DNA of 58,021 bases, the filler included, from Streblomastix strix (lineage: Eukaryota), in the NCBI GenBank assembly GCA_008636045.1. It is 3 parts of 3 records of this genome, joined end to end, with 100 filler letters (N's around TTAATTAATTAA, not from the genome) between each part and the next. Parts side by side here need not be neighbours in the genome. Positions count along the whole stretch, not along the records: positions 1 to 19,283 come from SNRW01000526.1; positions 19,384 to 38,656 come from SNRW01000527.1; 1 more part is not named here. The stretch is one strand, 5' to 3'. The stretch's first letter is position 1; each line of letters starts with the position of its first letter. Shown in pieces: positions 13,438-25,585 of the stretch. The notes beneath the pieces are model-generated. The model ran no database searches. It saw only the letters and a program-made list of their open reading frames with translations, and was not told the origin of the DNA. Made by a program: the position numbers and the translations under genes.

Positions 13438-16400
13438 TCATTAATCTTTAATAATATAATCATTTGCTGTTAATCCTTTAATATAAGGGCAACAACATTA
13501 GTTCCTTAACACTATTGATTTTTTATTGAACCCTGTTAGTGCATATTCTTCAACTTAAATGCTACTCATAACATTATCGTACATTTTAAATGTTCCATTA
13601 ATACATTTTTTCACTATATCTTTATTAATTACATTGACGTAATCACTATGAGATATCTACTATGATTTACTAATACCTTTTGATGTTATTTTTGGTTTAA
13701 ATTCATATTGCTATCTCCCTTTACTCCTTTTGAGTACAATCGTTGAATAGCACTTAGGTCCTAATGATGTAAGTTCATATCCTTCATTTTTAATCCCAAA
13801 TCCAAGTATCTTTTTATAGTCATAGATATCTTTATTAGGATCAGGTAAATACTAATATATATGTTAGTCATAGAACTGTTTATCTGTTACTATTAATTCA
13901 AATTATTAATGGCAGTCTTTATCAGGATTTCCTTCTATAGCTATATAAATTGAATCAGTATCTGCAAGAACAAAACGAAATCGTTTACGGTCTAGATATT
14001 TGTACATAAAATTATATATATAATTGAGATTCCAAAATTTTGCATTATCTAGTATAAGGACTCCTGATTAAATTGATGTAAAACAAATTGCTGTTTTAGG
14101 CTTAATTTATACTGCGAATGTATTAGCCCTAATACGTCTGGTACCAATGTGATTAGGATGATGTTATGCGATGAAAGTATCAGCTTTATCTAACATCTTT
14201 ATTTTACCAAATTTCTCTGTGTTTAGAGTGTCATAGCCATATGATGCGTTATTTATTAGTTTATAGAATTTCTCTTTAGATGATTCTGCTAGTATAGCTT
14301 ATATTCGTAAATTCATCATTGTTCTAATGAAAGGCTCATATGCCGCATTTTTCTCAAATACTGCAACAGATTTGTAGTCAGTTATGATGAAGACAAGATC
14401 AATAAGAAGCCAAAGATAGTAGTTATTAAACACCATAAATTATCCATTAGTGTCGAGTAATGTTGTTAATTTTCTATCATTTTTTGACATCAGAAGTGAG
14501 TGTTTTTGCACTTGTGAATACATATATTCCCATATCACTTCTTCCTTATTTTCTATCTCATTATTTCTAAAGATTGGTGGAAGTGGAAGGAGGTTATTGT
14601 ATTCTGATTTAGGAAAGTAGCCTTTGACTTTCGCTACAAACATATCCTTTCGCTAGTCAATACAATATTTTATTACATATGGTTTTTCTGAATAAAATCT
14701 CGATCTGCCTGCCATATACATTCTATGATCAGTTTAAGGGATATTTTCATTTTTGACTGACGAATATGAACTGAGATATAGACTATTATCGTCAAGAGCA
14801 AATACACGAGTAACTACGTTTTCATTATCTTATGAGATCACTTTGTTTGACTAATCATCATAAGTAATTTCATTTATATGAGTCTTACCTGCAATATTCT
14901 CTCTATGAAATACCGCTGCAAGACCACCTGTAATACAATATCGAAGTAATTTATATATTTTCTCATAACTTATTGTCATAGGTAAATTGTGTTTAATTGC
15001 ATACTATCTCATCTTGATACGTAATGATGCTATTTTTGGATCTCTATTTGCATGCGCTGTATTGCATGAAACACATGCAGGCAAATAGTTATCTTTAGTA
15101 TGAGGAAGTTCATTGTCTTATCATTCTAAACTCGGAGGGTTATCGTAAGTAAATTTAGCACTACAAATGGAACATATTGATGTTTCAAATAACCTCTTAT
15201 AATAATCATAATCATCAGCTGTTACATTTTTCTCTGTTTCTCTACCTGCTTTATAATCTTGTTATTTATAGTGATAACATTTATTCTTCCAATACCATGC
15301 TGTTAATGCAAAAGGTTTCGCATTAGGATTTGGACTAGTGTAGTCAGCATTTATATCGAAATCTTCATAATATGCTTGTTTATCAATTTCAAGATTGAAT
15401 TTAGAAGGGAAATATGTTGAATAGTGCTTCGTTGCATACACACATGAAGTAATTGAAATATAGTGCAAAACATCAATATTGAATTATTCAAATGTATCAA
15501 TCAAATTCATTAATGGCTTAACCATAATCTCTGTATCATTAATATTATAATACTTGAGGTATTCTAATCTGTTGGTGAATCTCCTGAAATCATTCAAATA
15601 TTAATCATACTCATCTTTAGTGATAGAATAACCACCTTTGAGTTATGATTTGAAATCTTCATATTCAAATGGCTCAATTTTCATTTGTACTTCGTTCCAG
15701 TTCTTTGAATTAATAATTTCATAACGAAATACATCTTTATGCTCAGTTTTATCTCCATAATCTTTTACGCAAGCTTTTAATGTCATAGGACCAAATAAGT
15801 TCTCTGCATCAATAAATTGTAATTTTATGTGTGACTTCTTGTGTGTTACTGTAATTGATTTAGTATTATTGAGATCACCATTAGGAATACCCATTGTCCA
15901 AAATTCACAATCTAATGCATCCCGTAACAGAGCGATATCAAATCTTGAACTATTCCATCCCAGTACTTTAACACATCTGTCAAAAAAGATATTTTCATAA
16001 CTCTTTGAGTCAGAATGCAAAGCATTATCACTATACTTCATACACTAATATATCTATTCTGCTGATTCGAATGTTTATGCAAGCCGTAGATGAACAAATG
16101 ATGAATTGGATGGCAATCCATAATTTTCTAATTATTCTTAATAATTCTCAGATAATTCATCGAATAATGTATAACATCTCTTAACTAATTCATATGATTT
16201 ATCTTAGTTTGGATATACTTCCGTTGATGCAATTGATAATTTAGATAATTATGAGAGTAATGTTGTTTAATTTGTTATATTTTTCATAACCTAATCACTT
16301 AATGTTTCAAAGTAATATGTTATAAATCCTCGCTATGCTTTAAATTAATCCATTAGTCCATAAGCCATTAAGTACTCTGTAGTAGGATGATTTAATATTG

Positions 16401-18037
16401 CGGGACATATAGGCATTGGAACATCATGTAATAAGATTGATGGTTCATGAGTTGATAATTTACATTTTTCTACATGAGTGTTGAAATATTCATTAGCTCT
16501 CTTGTTAGTATTAGATAATATTGTAACATAATCATGGCAGTGAGGGCAAATAAGAACACCTGTCAATTTTTCAACATTAGATACATACATTACATGCTGT
16601 TCACTTCCATCACTAATGAGTAATAAGTCAAATGTCATTGATTCATTATTAAGATATCCATATGAATTAAATAGCCTATATTAACCTGTTTTTCCCTCTA
16701 ATTTTTCATGATAAATGTATATATTTACTACAAGGTTAAATGTATCAGTAAAATGAGTCATTTCTATCGAGATATTGAATCCCTTATAATCAATTAAATA
16801 TTTGTTAAGAGACTAGTCTTTCTTAGCCTTATCATAATATAAGTACTCAAACAGTTGATATTTACCTTTAATTCTGTAGTAATATGCGAATAATTGTTTA
16901 GCAAATGAAATTACTAAATGATGATCAACTTTTTTGTCAATTTCACTTCTAATTCTATAGGATAGTGCAATAAAGAAATATATTTAATAATCTGAATCTA
17001 AATAATGAACTGAATGCTATTTAACATGTTTATCAAGATATGGCATTCTTGCTCCAGTATCTATTAACTTATAAGTAGCGAACATTACGTTAAATATACC
17101 AACTATCAGATTTGTAGTGTCTTCATATGTCCGTTCCATCAATTCCCTTAACAGTTTAAACATATCTACTTTGAATTATTCTAGTGATTTCTTGTCACTT
17201 ACTGTTGATTATTTATGTTTGAAAGCATTATCTAGTGAAGGAATTCTGCATGAACATTTATAATTATTTCCATCAAGTTTTTCTTATATTTGAACTCCAA
17301 AATCAATTTGAACTATAAATTGAAGTCCTTAGTACGAATCATATACTTTATCCGCATTTTATGACAGTTGCTCTTACTGAGTTAGTTTATTAAAGTAATG
17401 AAGTTTATAAGTAATTTCATCATAAACAGCTTCAGCAATTGCTTCACTATTTTTGATTTTAACTACTCTTTTTATTACTTTAATTGCCTCCTCTTCAGTT
17501 TCAACATCACATAATTGTAATGCTATTTATGATAATTTATTTACCCTTTTTTAAATTTTCAATTGTTGAAATTGCATTTGAGATATCATCCTCATTTTCC
17601 ATCAATTATTTGTTAAGATTACGTTTATATTTAATGATTTTGTCTTTATGTATCCTATCAACATCAAACTGTTTAACTTTGAATTAATCGATAATAACAT
17701 ATACTCTTAATCTCTATTTTGCTTTATTAATTCTATCAGTATATATCCTATCATCATCGAATTCATTAATGAAAAGTTAATGTTAGCTATCTTACAACTT
17801 ATCTATGAAATCTGATTAATTGACATCATTTTCTTACATAAGTTATTGAAATGGTTATCTTAATTATTGCTCAAGAAATTGTTTCGCATTATCGAAGTTT
17901 GTTCTACTTCCTGTATAATTTAAATCCTTTAATTTAGTTACTAATTCAGTATATATTGAACCATATTTCTCTGATTCATTGATTGGTCTAACAATAGCCA
18001 TTAATTAAAAAATTTGTGGTTTTGTTAACTTAGACAT
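13438..18037 (-). pseudogene. Protein-primed family B DNA polymerase with endonuclease-VII-like domain (copy B)
   Basis: GWNSSRFD, KLINNASYG and ADTDS present; motif A decayed (DDNSLYL). +1 shift at ~17550 and TGA at 15121-15123. Four supplied ORFs share this frame. Confidence 0.9.
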
Positions 18038-18362
18038 TTATTAGGAAATAAAAAATAAATAATAAATATAGATAATATTACACATGTGATTTTTTGCATC
18101 GGACTATAAAAAAATAATAATATGCATTAGTTGTGGAGATTATGATTCCAATTATCAGAACAAAATTAGTGCTCTTCGTTGCGGATATTTAATTAAAATC
18201 GTCTATGACATTTGACTAGTGATTATGATTGATTTTAGCGTTGATGCTTATAGTCATTTGGCGTGGACGAATGAGGGCAAATTCATACGGAAAATCATGG
18301 CCTCCAAATTTTTTATACTCTATCTCTGACATTTCATTAAAATATAAATAAATCCAAAAGAT

Positions 18363-18647
18363 TCACTCTCTTTCATTTAAATATTATATGAATTTCATTA
18401 CTACTGATTAAGTGTTCTCTGAAGCTATTTATACAACTTCTTTTAACTATTCCATCTAAAGATGATTATTGTATTATTATAATGTAAATCTAAATTCTAT
18501 CTAAGGATCACTCATCGTCGCTCGTGATATAAGTTAGCTCAAAAATATTGAGTTAGTCATAAATTCCTTACAATTTATTTTTAACAACTTAGTTGTTAGA
18601 GAATCTTCGATTCCCCAATCTTTGATTGGAATCTTTGATTATGCCAT
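18363..18647 (-). CDS. Hypothetical 94-aa protein whose 5' end is built from tandem DNA hairpins
   Basis: MAQSKIPIKDWGIEDSLTTKLL...YLNERE*, open in code 6. Confidence 0.5.
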
Positions 18648-18806
18648 ATTTTTAATCTAGAAAAAAATTTCTTTTCAATAAAGTAATTATTAACAAAATG
18701 TTAGAGATGATAATCAGAATGTCTAAACGGATTGGATTACATTTATTAGGTTATTATTATTTTGTTTTCATTTGTTTATTACTAAAATTTTAATTAAATA
18801 TAATTA

Positions 18807-19283
18807 AAATATCAAAATGTAAAAAAAGATAAATCAATTGAAACCGTAGGTTTGAGCTCCGCTAATTCAAAATGTCCCAAAGGACGACCTAAGAATAAAC
18901 CAACTGCAACTAATGTAAAAGAATATATGAGTTTAAAGAAACTTTTTACACATTTTGGATAAACTGTTAATCCCTAAAATATAGCAAAAGTTCCATAAAT
19001 TTTATTGAATTTGGGAAAACTTCAGTTAGCTTAAGGTAGAATAAAATAATCAGATTATTCAGCTTTATTAAGGTTGATGCACCAAATTGATAATAGTGTT
19101 TCAGCTTATGAAGCTGATGCTGGAATATAAGGATTAAAAGGTAACATTAGAAAAGAAAGAATATATGGATCTTATGACCTAATGAGATTAGTGAATGGTG
19201 CTTTTTAAACATAATAAATTGTGTAATAGGTTTTGGAACCATAATAGATGTAATCATAATAAGAAGCAAATTACAATATTAAT
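18807..19283 (+). CDS. Partial hypothetical protein (start unclear, cut by contig end)
   Basis: Open frame ...KDKSIETVGLSSANSKCPKGRPKNKP...QEANYNIN. Confidence 0.4.
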
Positions 19284-19383
19284 NNNNNNNNNNNNNNNNN
19301 NNNNNNNNNNNNNNNNNNNNNNNNNNNTTAATTAATTAANNNNNNNNNNNNNNNNNNNNNNNNNNNNNNNNNNNNNNNNNNNN
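19284..19383. other. Artificial contig spacer
   Basis: 44 N + TTAATTAATTAA (standard-code stops in six frames) + 44 N. Confidence 0.97.
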
Positions 19384-19669
19384 GATCAACTTATTTAGTG
19401 ATATCATCTGTAGGTATAAATTAAATAGCTACAAGTCGATGAAGACCCATAGTCTTTCCATTTATACTGACTTGCTTATATCCACTTTTCTCTGTATATA
19501 TTTTGTTAATGGCTTTATCGGCTTTTCATCTAATTGTCCATGGTTCTTATGTAGATATTTCATGAGTAGGGAAATCTGAGAGAGTTACAAATTGCTACAT
19601 TTATTAGTCCAATTTTTCATGAGTAGAGATATCTTATTACATTTATTAGTCTGGTACAAATTCTTACAT
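19384..19669 (-). pseudogene. HNH endonuclease 5' part (TGA and frameshift, cut by contig end)
   Basis: HEISTQEPWTIR*..., then GYKQVSINGKTMGLHRLVAIQFIPTDDITKQVD. Confidence 0.7.
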
Positions 19670-19721
19670 TTTATAGCCAGATAAAAAATTAGAAAAAAAA
19701 GAGAGGTGCGAAAAACCTTTT

Positions 19722-19886
19722 TTATTTTTGTCGAGGTGACTCCCTAAATTAACGATACCTAAAAAATAACACATTATTTTTGTCGAGGTGACTCCCTAAA
19801 TTAACGACACCTAAAAAATAACACATTATTTTTGTCGAGGTGACTCCCTAAATTAACGACACCTAAAAAATAACACATTATTTTTG
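19722..19886. repeat. Tandem repeat, 3 x 52 bp
   Basis: Unit TTATTTTTGTCGAGGTGACTCCCTAAATTAACGAYACCTAAAAAATAACACA; GTCGAGG at 19730, 19782 and 19834. A diverged inverted copy lies at ~22755-22815. Confidence 0.95.
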
Positions 19887-19928
19887 GGTCAGGCCTAAAA
19901 AGGGTACCACCGAAATTTCGGAGATAAA

Positions 19929-20945
19929 TCAATTCTATCGTTTTAACACATCGAAATTATTAAGTGATTTATTTACAATGATAAATTCATATTTCTATAG
20001 ACTGTTATATATAATTATAAATTCCTGCTCGTTTAATGCCGAGACATTGTTTTCCTCGTATATTTATTTCAAATCTTACTCGGCTATATTAGCACCTACA
20101 GCTATCACATGGCATAACACTCTTGCTGACCTGAACAGATATTACGGTCGTTAAGCACAGAAGAAGATGGTATTTTTACTATGTCGACTGTCACTAACTA
20201 AATGGGTTATCGATCTAGCTAGTTCACTAGTATATCTTTATATATCAGTATTTGATCCGATATCATCGAATATCATTAATGTGGAAAGTAATGCTGCGCT
20301 TGCAAATATAGGAATTTTTATAAACTCCTGTTCACCATCTTGCTCTATTATTTTTAGCTTCTTTGAATACTATACACCTTTAATAATAGATGGAAGATCG
20401 AATCGCATTAGCGTACTAGGCTAACTATATTCGTTTATTATTTTGATACACTCGGATTAGAATATATCAGATAGCCTATGTCGGTATTTTTTATCTGTAT
20501 CATCTCTTTTCTATTTGTTATTATCTACAATCGTTACTTTCATACGTGTAATATAATCCGAGTCATAATTAATACCTTGTTCTTTTAATTTCCAATAAGT
20601 ATATACTTCTTTAACCTTATATTTAATCTCATCAAATTAAGGAAGAAATGATTAAGCTTCTGCGTATGTTATATTGATTAATTTTATACCTCTATTATTT
20701 AAATTAATAGCCATTGTTTCATCAGGTCCAAAGTTAGAGAAGTATAATATATATGGGTGAATGTATCGCTAGTATAATACTATTAATTTAGCCATTAATG
20801 TCGTTTTACCACTTCCCACTGAACCCACGATATAATGATTGGCATTAATAAGAAAGATAGAATGAGGAGCTAATGGTCTTATCTTATACTCTTCTAATAG
20901 CGATTGATCATCGAATGATACTTAATTAATTTATTGGAGGGTCAT
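19929..20945 (-). CDS. A32/FtsK-HerA-type DNA packaging ATPase (338 aa)
   Basis: Intact frame; Walker A GSVGSGKT, Walker B LMIFDD, then SDSRH and FFCAQ as in A32-like ATPases. Confidence 0.88.
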
Positions 20946-21000
20946 TTATCATGAGCTAAACAATGATATTAGTATATTAGGGTCATTTTATAGGAATCAA

Positions 21001-21357
21001 ATGAATGTAATTAGTGTAATATAGCTAGTATTAAATTACTTATTTTATGGGATTAATTTTATTGTATCGATTATATCAGTTAGCGTACCTATCGAATATA
21101 TTAATCTAATCAAATAATTATGGGGTTATCTCGATATAATATTGGTTCCTATTAATATACTTGTATATATAATTTAATTTTGCTATCGTAGAAAGAAGAT
21201 GAAGAGTGCTATTGATAATAATAAAAAGTCAGCTATAGAATAGTATACTGTTGATTAATTGGAAGAGCTAATCAAATAGGCTGTTGCAGATAATGATATT
21301 GGACTAGCGAAATAATATCGATACCAACTATATCTTCTGTTGTTGAATTAAAATTGA
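21001..21357 (+). CDS. Small membrane protein (118 aa, two hydrophobic segments then RRKK)
   Basis: MNVISVIQLVLNYLFYGINFIVSIISV...LDIILVPINILVYIIQFCYRRKK; intact ATG..TGA. Confidence 0.6.
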
Positions 21358-21620
21358 CCCCAAGAGAAAAAGCTCGGGCTCAAAAAACGATAAAAGTCAA
21401 CACCGATAATTATCGGGGTAAGGTAAAAAGCCCTAACTCAAAAATAAGAGGTGTAATATTCCCTTTCTATTTTTATTCGATATAAATGATCTGAGAAGTA
21501 ATTAGCAGTATATCTTTAATGATTATAGCTATTAACAATCTACTAGGATGTATATTAACTCTATAATAGATTTCACTTGATAGAATAGAGATTAGCGATG
21601 AAGTAAGAAATTCAATTTAC

Positions 21621-22650
21621 TCATGATTAATTATGTAGGGCATAAGAATCACATACCTGAACACAAAAATCATTAGGTAAACTTACTTGACACAGTGTAT
21701 TGATTCTAACAAAACCATTAACATCGATAGTGCAGTCTATTGATATAGCATTAGTCCATACTATCGGGTTACTAGAAGTCTTAGTAATAAACATAACAGC
21801 ATTAAGAGCTATAGTAAATGGAGTCCCTGTAAATTATGGTTTAGCTTCATCCTTAAATATAGTGAATAATGTATAGGCTGATGATGATGAAGTATTAGGA
21901 TTAGAGTGTGTTACTTACATTGATATATAAGCCCTTCCATTATATGTTATAACTTATCCCCAAGCAAATGATTCATACATTCCACGCGTTAATTTTTATT
22001 TAATAGCCTATTCAACTGGTGGAGTAGGTAATGGTGCTACTAGCTAATTATTGAACTTGAGTTATGTACAATCAAAATCTATAATTAGCCCCTTATAATC
22101 ATAGGCGTCATCTTCTTATTTTTATATTTTGAATTATGATGAAGTGGATCCCATTTTCCATACTCCATCGGTATCAGTTGGATCAGTGTTACAGCCCGAT
22201 AGCACAAAGCTATCCCAGTTCGCTTTATTTTTCATTAGCCTAAGTCCTTAATTACGAATGTCATCATTCGGTTCGATAATCATTTGACCCATCGCATGTG
22301 GAAATTATTTAGGTAAAAAATCACCTATGTCTGCTATATCTCCATTAGCGAGTAGAAGCAAGTTTGCTGTGCCATCTTTTATCGAAAATTAATCGAATAT
22401 TTTTTTTACCAGATATTTCTTGTTAAGTATTTATGGTAACTAACACACTGGAATCAAATTTATATTCTTTAGCTCGAAAGTATTAACTAAAATAAGTTAG
22501 CAATTTAAGAATAAGTTTCCTGATATGATGGGTTAATTTATCTTGTAATTATTCAAATTCTTTTTACTTAATTTCATCTTACATTACTTTATTTATCTCA
22601 TCTTTCATTGCTTACATTTATTCTTCGGTTGGTAATTCTAAATCATCCAT
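21621..22650 (-). CDS. Fibre/spike-like protein (one homopolymer frameshift at ~22400-22407)
   Basis: VTINTQQEISGKKIF..IKDGTANLLLLANG resembles phage tail-fibre motifs; the C-terminus looks beta-rich. Confidence 0.5.
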
Positions 22651-22881
22651 TTATATTGATGGCAAAAAATAATAACCGTAGATTAACAGATATAGATCAA
22701 TTAATATGTCAGAGCCTAAAATAAATCAATTAGTGTACTCTGTAGAAACTGACCGACCCCAAATTAATGTGTTATTTTTTAGGTATCATTAATTTTAGGG
22801 GTCAACTCGACAAATCTATTTTTAAAAGAGAGGTGCAACTTGCCTTTTTATTATTTTTTCACAATAAGTCAATTTTTTTCC

Positions 22882-23670
22882 TCAAAACTCGTTAGGGTCA
22901 ATATCAATTGCTGGTACATCAGATAGCCGAACTAGATCTTTATTAATCCTATATAATTTCTCTACACTATTCCAGAGTACATTATCCTGTGTATTAATAG
23001 ACACATTTTTTATCAGAACATCTATAACTCTAACTATCTCCTTCTTCTTATATTATTTACTTAAGCAAGAGTGTGTTGCAATAATTGATTCCTCTAACAC
23101 TATTTCTATATCATCTTCTTTTTCTTAGGTAACTATCGACCAGAATTTAATGAAATTATCAGAGGATAATATAAAGTCATCACTCCTATTTCTATGAGTA
23201 ACTGTTCTCCAAATACAATCAACAACGAACTTCATTATCTTTAAATTTGGATGAGATAAATAAGCGTTCAAATGATTATCTGTGACATTAGTCGGAATAG
23301 TTTATGGTATGATAATTGGTTAAGGTAATATCTCAATTGATGGTTATGATAATTTATCCAATACTTCTTGGGGTGTAATTTGAGCACTAGTTCTATCGGC
23401 ATCAGTGTACTTATTTTTGTTGAATTATCTGGGTTAATTTCTAGGTGATATAATTGGTTCCGCTTACTACGTTTCATCTTATCCAGTCGATTAGATACTT
23501 CTTGATGTAATAGTTTAATTAGCCAAAGACTGTTGTTAATTCTCTAAAACTTTAGCAATTAAGTTATCCACATACTATAATCTCTGTTGGCTAGCGGTAT
23601 CAGTTAGGTCCTTCATTTATTTCTTACTTTTAGACAATCTCAATTAATTACGTTCTACTCCACGTATCAT
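22882..23670 (-). CDS. Hypothetical viral protein (262 aa)
   Basis: Continuous code-6 ORF MIRGVERNQL...IDIDPNEF*. Confidence 0.65.
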
Positions 23671-23702
23671 TTTAATTAAAACAGAAATTTCTAGATTATT
23701 AA

Positions 23703-24266
23703 ATGGATAAGTCGTAAGCGTTAAAATTTATGATGGAAAATGATACTAATATTGAGTACTTTGATGGTGGATATTTTATTCGAGATAAGAAACAAATCAA
23801 GTGTTTTGAAAATGGAAAACGAGGACTTAAATTAGTGACACAAGCTTAACAAAATAAGCTAATGATGTAGGCTAAAGGAAATAATTAGCACAAGAAATAG
23901 CCAACTAAAATGTTTGAATCTGACTCTGATGAAAGTGATAATTCTGTTGACGCTATTGAAGAAGAGTAACCTAAGCCAGTATAAAGGGTTAAAAGAAAAG
24001 TATAAAACAAACCGTAAATCAAATACGTTAATCCGCAACTTGATTTTGAAGAGCTAATATCTTTGCGAACTGAAAATAAATATACAAAATAATAACACGC
24101 AGATATGGTTAAATAAAACGAGAAATATAAAAATAAACTGAAAGCGTTAAAATAACCTAAGCCTAAATAACAACCTAAGTAAATAGAGTAAGAAGAAGAA
24201 TAGGAGGAAGAGGAAAAAAATGATTAATGTGTTCCTTAATAATATAACTACTATGATGTATATTGA
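23703..24266 (+). CDS. Hypothetical charged/coiled-coil viral protein (187 aa)
   Basis: Continuous ORF MDKSQALKFMMEND...YDVY* with acidic and K/Q-rich tracts. Confidence 0.65.
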
Positions 24267-24506
24267 TAAAAAAGTAGCCCGCCCAAATTTGATCGGGGTA
24301 CATATTCATATCGTTATTTTTTCATGTAGGTATTGACTTCGTTAATAGTATAAAAATTAACTGATTAAAATTCATGATAAAATAGTGCGCTACGATCGTA
24401 ACGGGTATACTTATTAGAATTAACGAAAAAAAATAGCACACATATTGATTAATATAACCAGTAAAAAATGCTAACAGACAAAACTGGCTGGGTAAAAATA
24501 AACACT

Positions 24507-24944
24507 TCAAATTGATGCCAATGTATAATAATTACAGAATAGTTTGTTATCATCCTCAGTAACAAATGTGTTATATATCTATTTTTCTTCATCCTATGCC
24601 TCAGTTAATATATACTATTTCAGTTTGTTAATTTACTGAGCTTAAGCAATATTTAGCTATTTATACTAGTTATATTAATCAATATGTGTGTGATTATTTT
24701 AAGTATAAATTTTATTAAAGTATTGCTCTTACTCTGCTTACTTATTAAAAAATTACAATTTAATTTAATAGATATCGAATTATTATTTTAGCTTTTTTAG
24801 CTCTTACATTAACGGGTTCACTAATTGCGGGGGTTATAATAACTCCTTCAATTATTATATTATTTATTATATCATATCTTCCTGTATATTATTTTTGGAT
24901 AATTGTTTAATTAATTACTTCAGTTATATTATTAGTGATTCCAT
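24507..24944 (-). CDS. Hypothetical Q-rich coiled-coil protein (145 aa)
   Basis: Continuous ORF MESLIIQLKQL...YTLASI* with TAAATG start. Confidence 0.5.
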
Positions 24945-25007
24945 TTATAATAAATAAAAATAGCTAATTTTATTCGCTAATTCCCATAAAAATATTCACA
25001 CACTAAT

Positions 25008-25199
25008 TCACTATATCATATTTTTAGAATGATGTATGTAATCAATTGGCTTTGGCTATATATGTGTCGGCTTTATAATAACAGCATCACTTCTAATTTA
25101 TGTTGAGGATAGAAATTTATTAAGTAATTTTGGGACGTAACCCGTGGCTTATTATACACCACTTAATATTTTAGAGCCAAAATTCTTGGTGCTAATCAT
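25008..25199 (-). CDS. 63-aa paralogue of the amphipathic peptide gene
   Basis: MISTKNFGSKILSGV...LLNKFL shares KNFGSK.L.GV and NKFL with 25349-25552. Confidence 0.5.
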
Positions 25200-25348
25200 T
25201 TATGTGCAAAAATAATGTCATAAATTTCATGTAATAATTGATGAGATTAATTTACACACTATTTCAGAAATATAGGAAAGGCAAGTTGCACCTCTGTTTA
25301 TTTTTGGGCTGGCTCAAATTTGAGCTGGTATCAATCATTTATTATATA

Positions 25349-25552
25349 TCATCGATTTAAAAACTTATTTGCCATACCTGCTGCTCCACCAACTCCTCTC
25401 GCAATCATACCCGCAGTTGGATTAATTGCGCCTATTGTTGGTGCAACTGCTCCCATAACTTTATGAAGAACTGGCGCTACCCATTTAGCTGCAGATGTAA
25501 CACCATGCAATACTTTTGAACCGAAATTCTTTAATGAACTCCAAAATCCCAT
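25349..25552 (-). CDS. 67-aa amphipathic, putative membrane-penetration protein (adenovirus pVI-like N-terminus)
   Basis: MGFWSSLKNFGSKVLHGV..; cationic, G/A-rich, no acidic residues; ends in TGA. Confidence 0.7.
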   Translation of the reverse strand: MGFWSSLKNFGSKVLHGVTSAAKWVAPVLHKVMGAVAPTIGAINPTAGMIARGVGGAAGMANKFLNR

Positions 25553-25585
25553 TTATTGATTTAAAAATAATTTTCATAAAACGAA

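Larger units (their letters stand above)
12728..19283 (-). mobile_element. Decayed Polinton/Maverick-like segment B (inverted paralogue of A)
   Basis: Reverse-complement homology to segment A over 12728-18340 with the same gene order; further small ORFs run to the contig end. Confidence 0.8.

Noticed and set aside
5150..18340. Giant terminal inverted repeats of a single element
   Set aside because: The arms are clearly diverged, carry independent lesions and truncate genes at the centre.
19722..19886. Possible CRISPR array
   Set aside because: The 52-bp units are contiguous with no unique spacers; no cas genes; eukaryotic context.
25349..25552. N-myristoylation of the MG-starting peptide
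   Set aside because: Phe directly after Gly violates the usual consensus, so it is not claimed.
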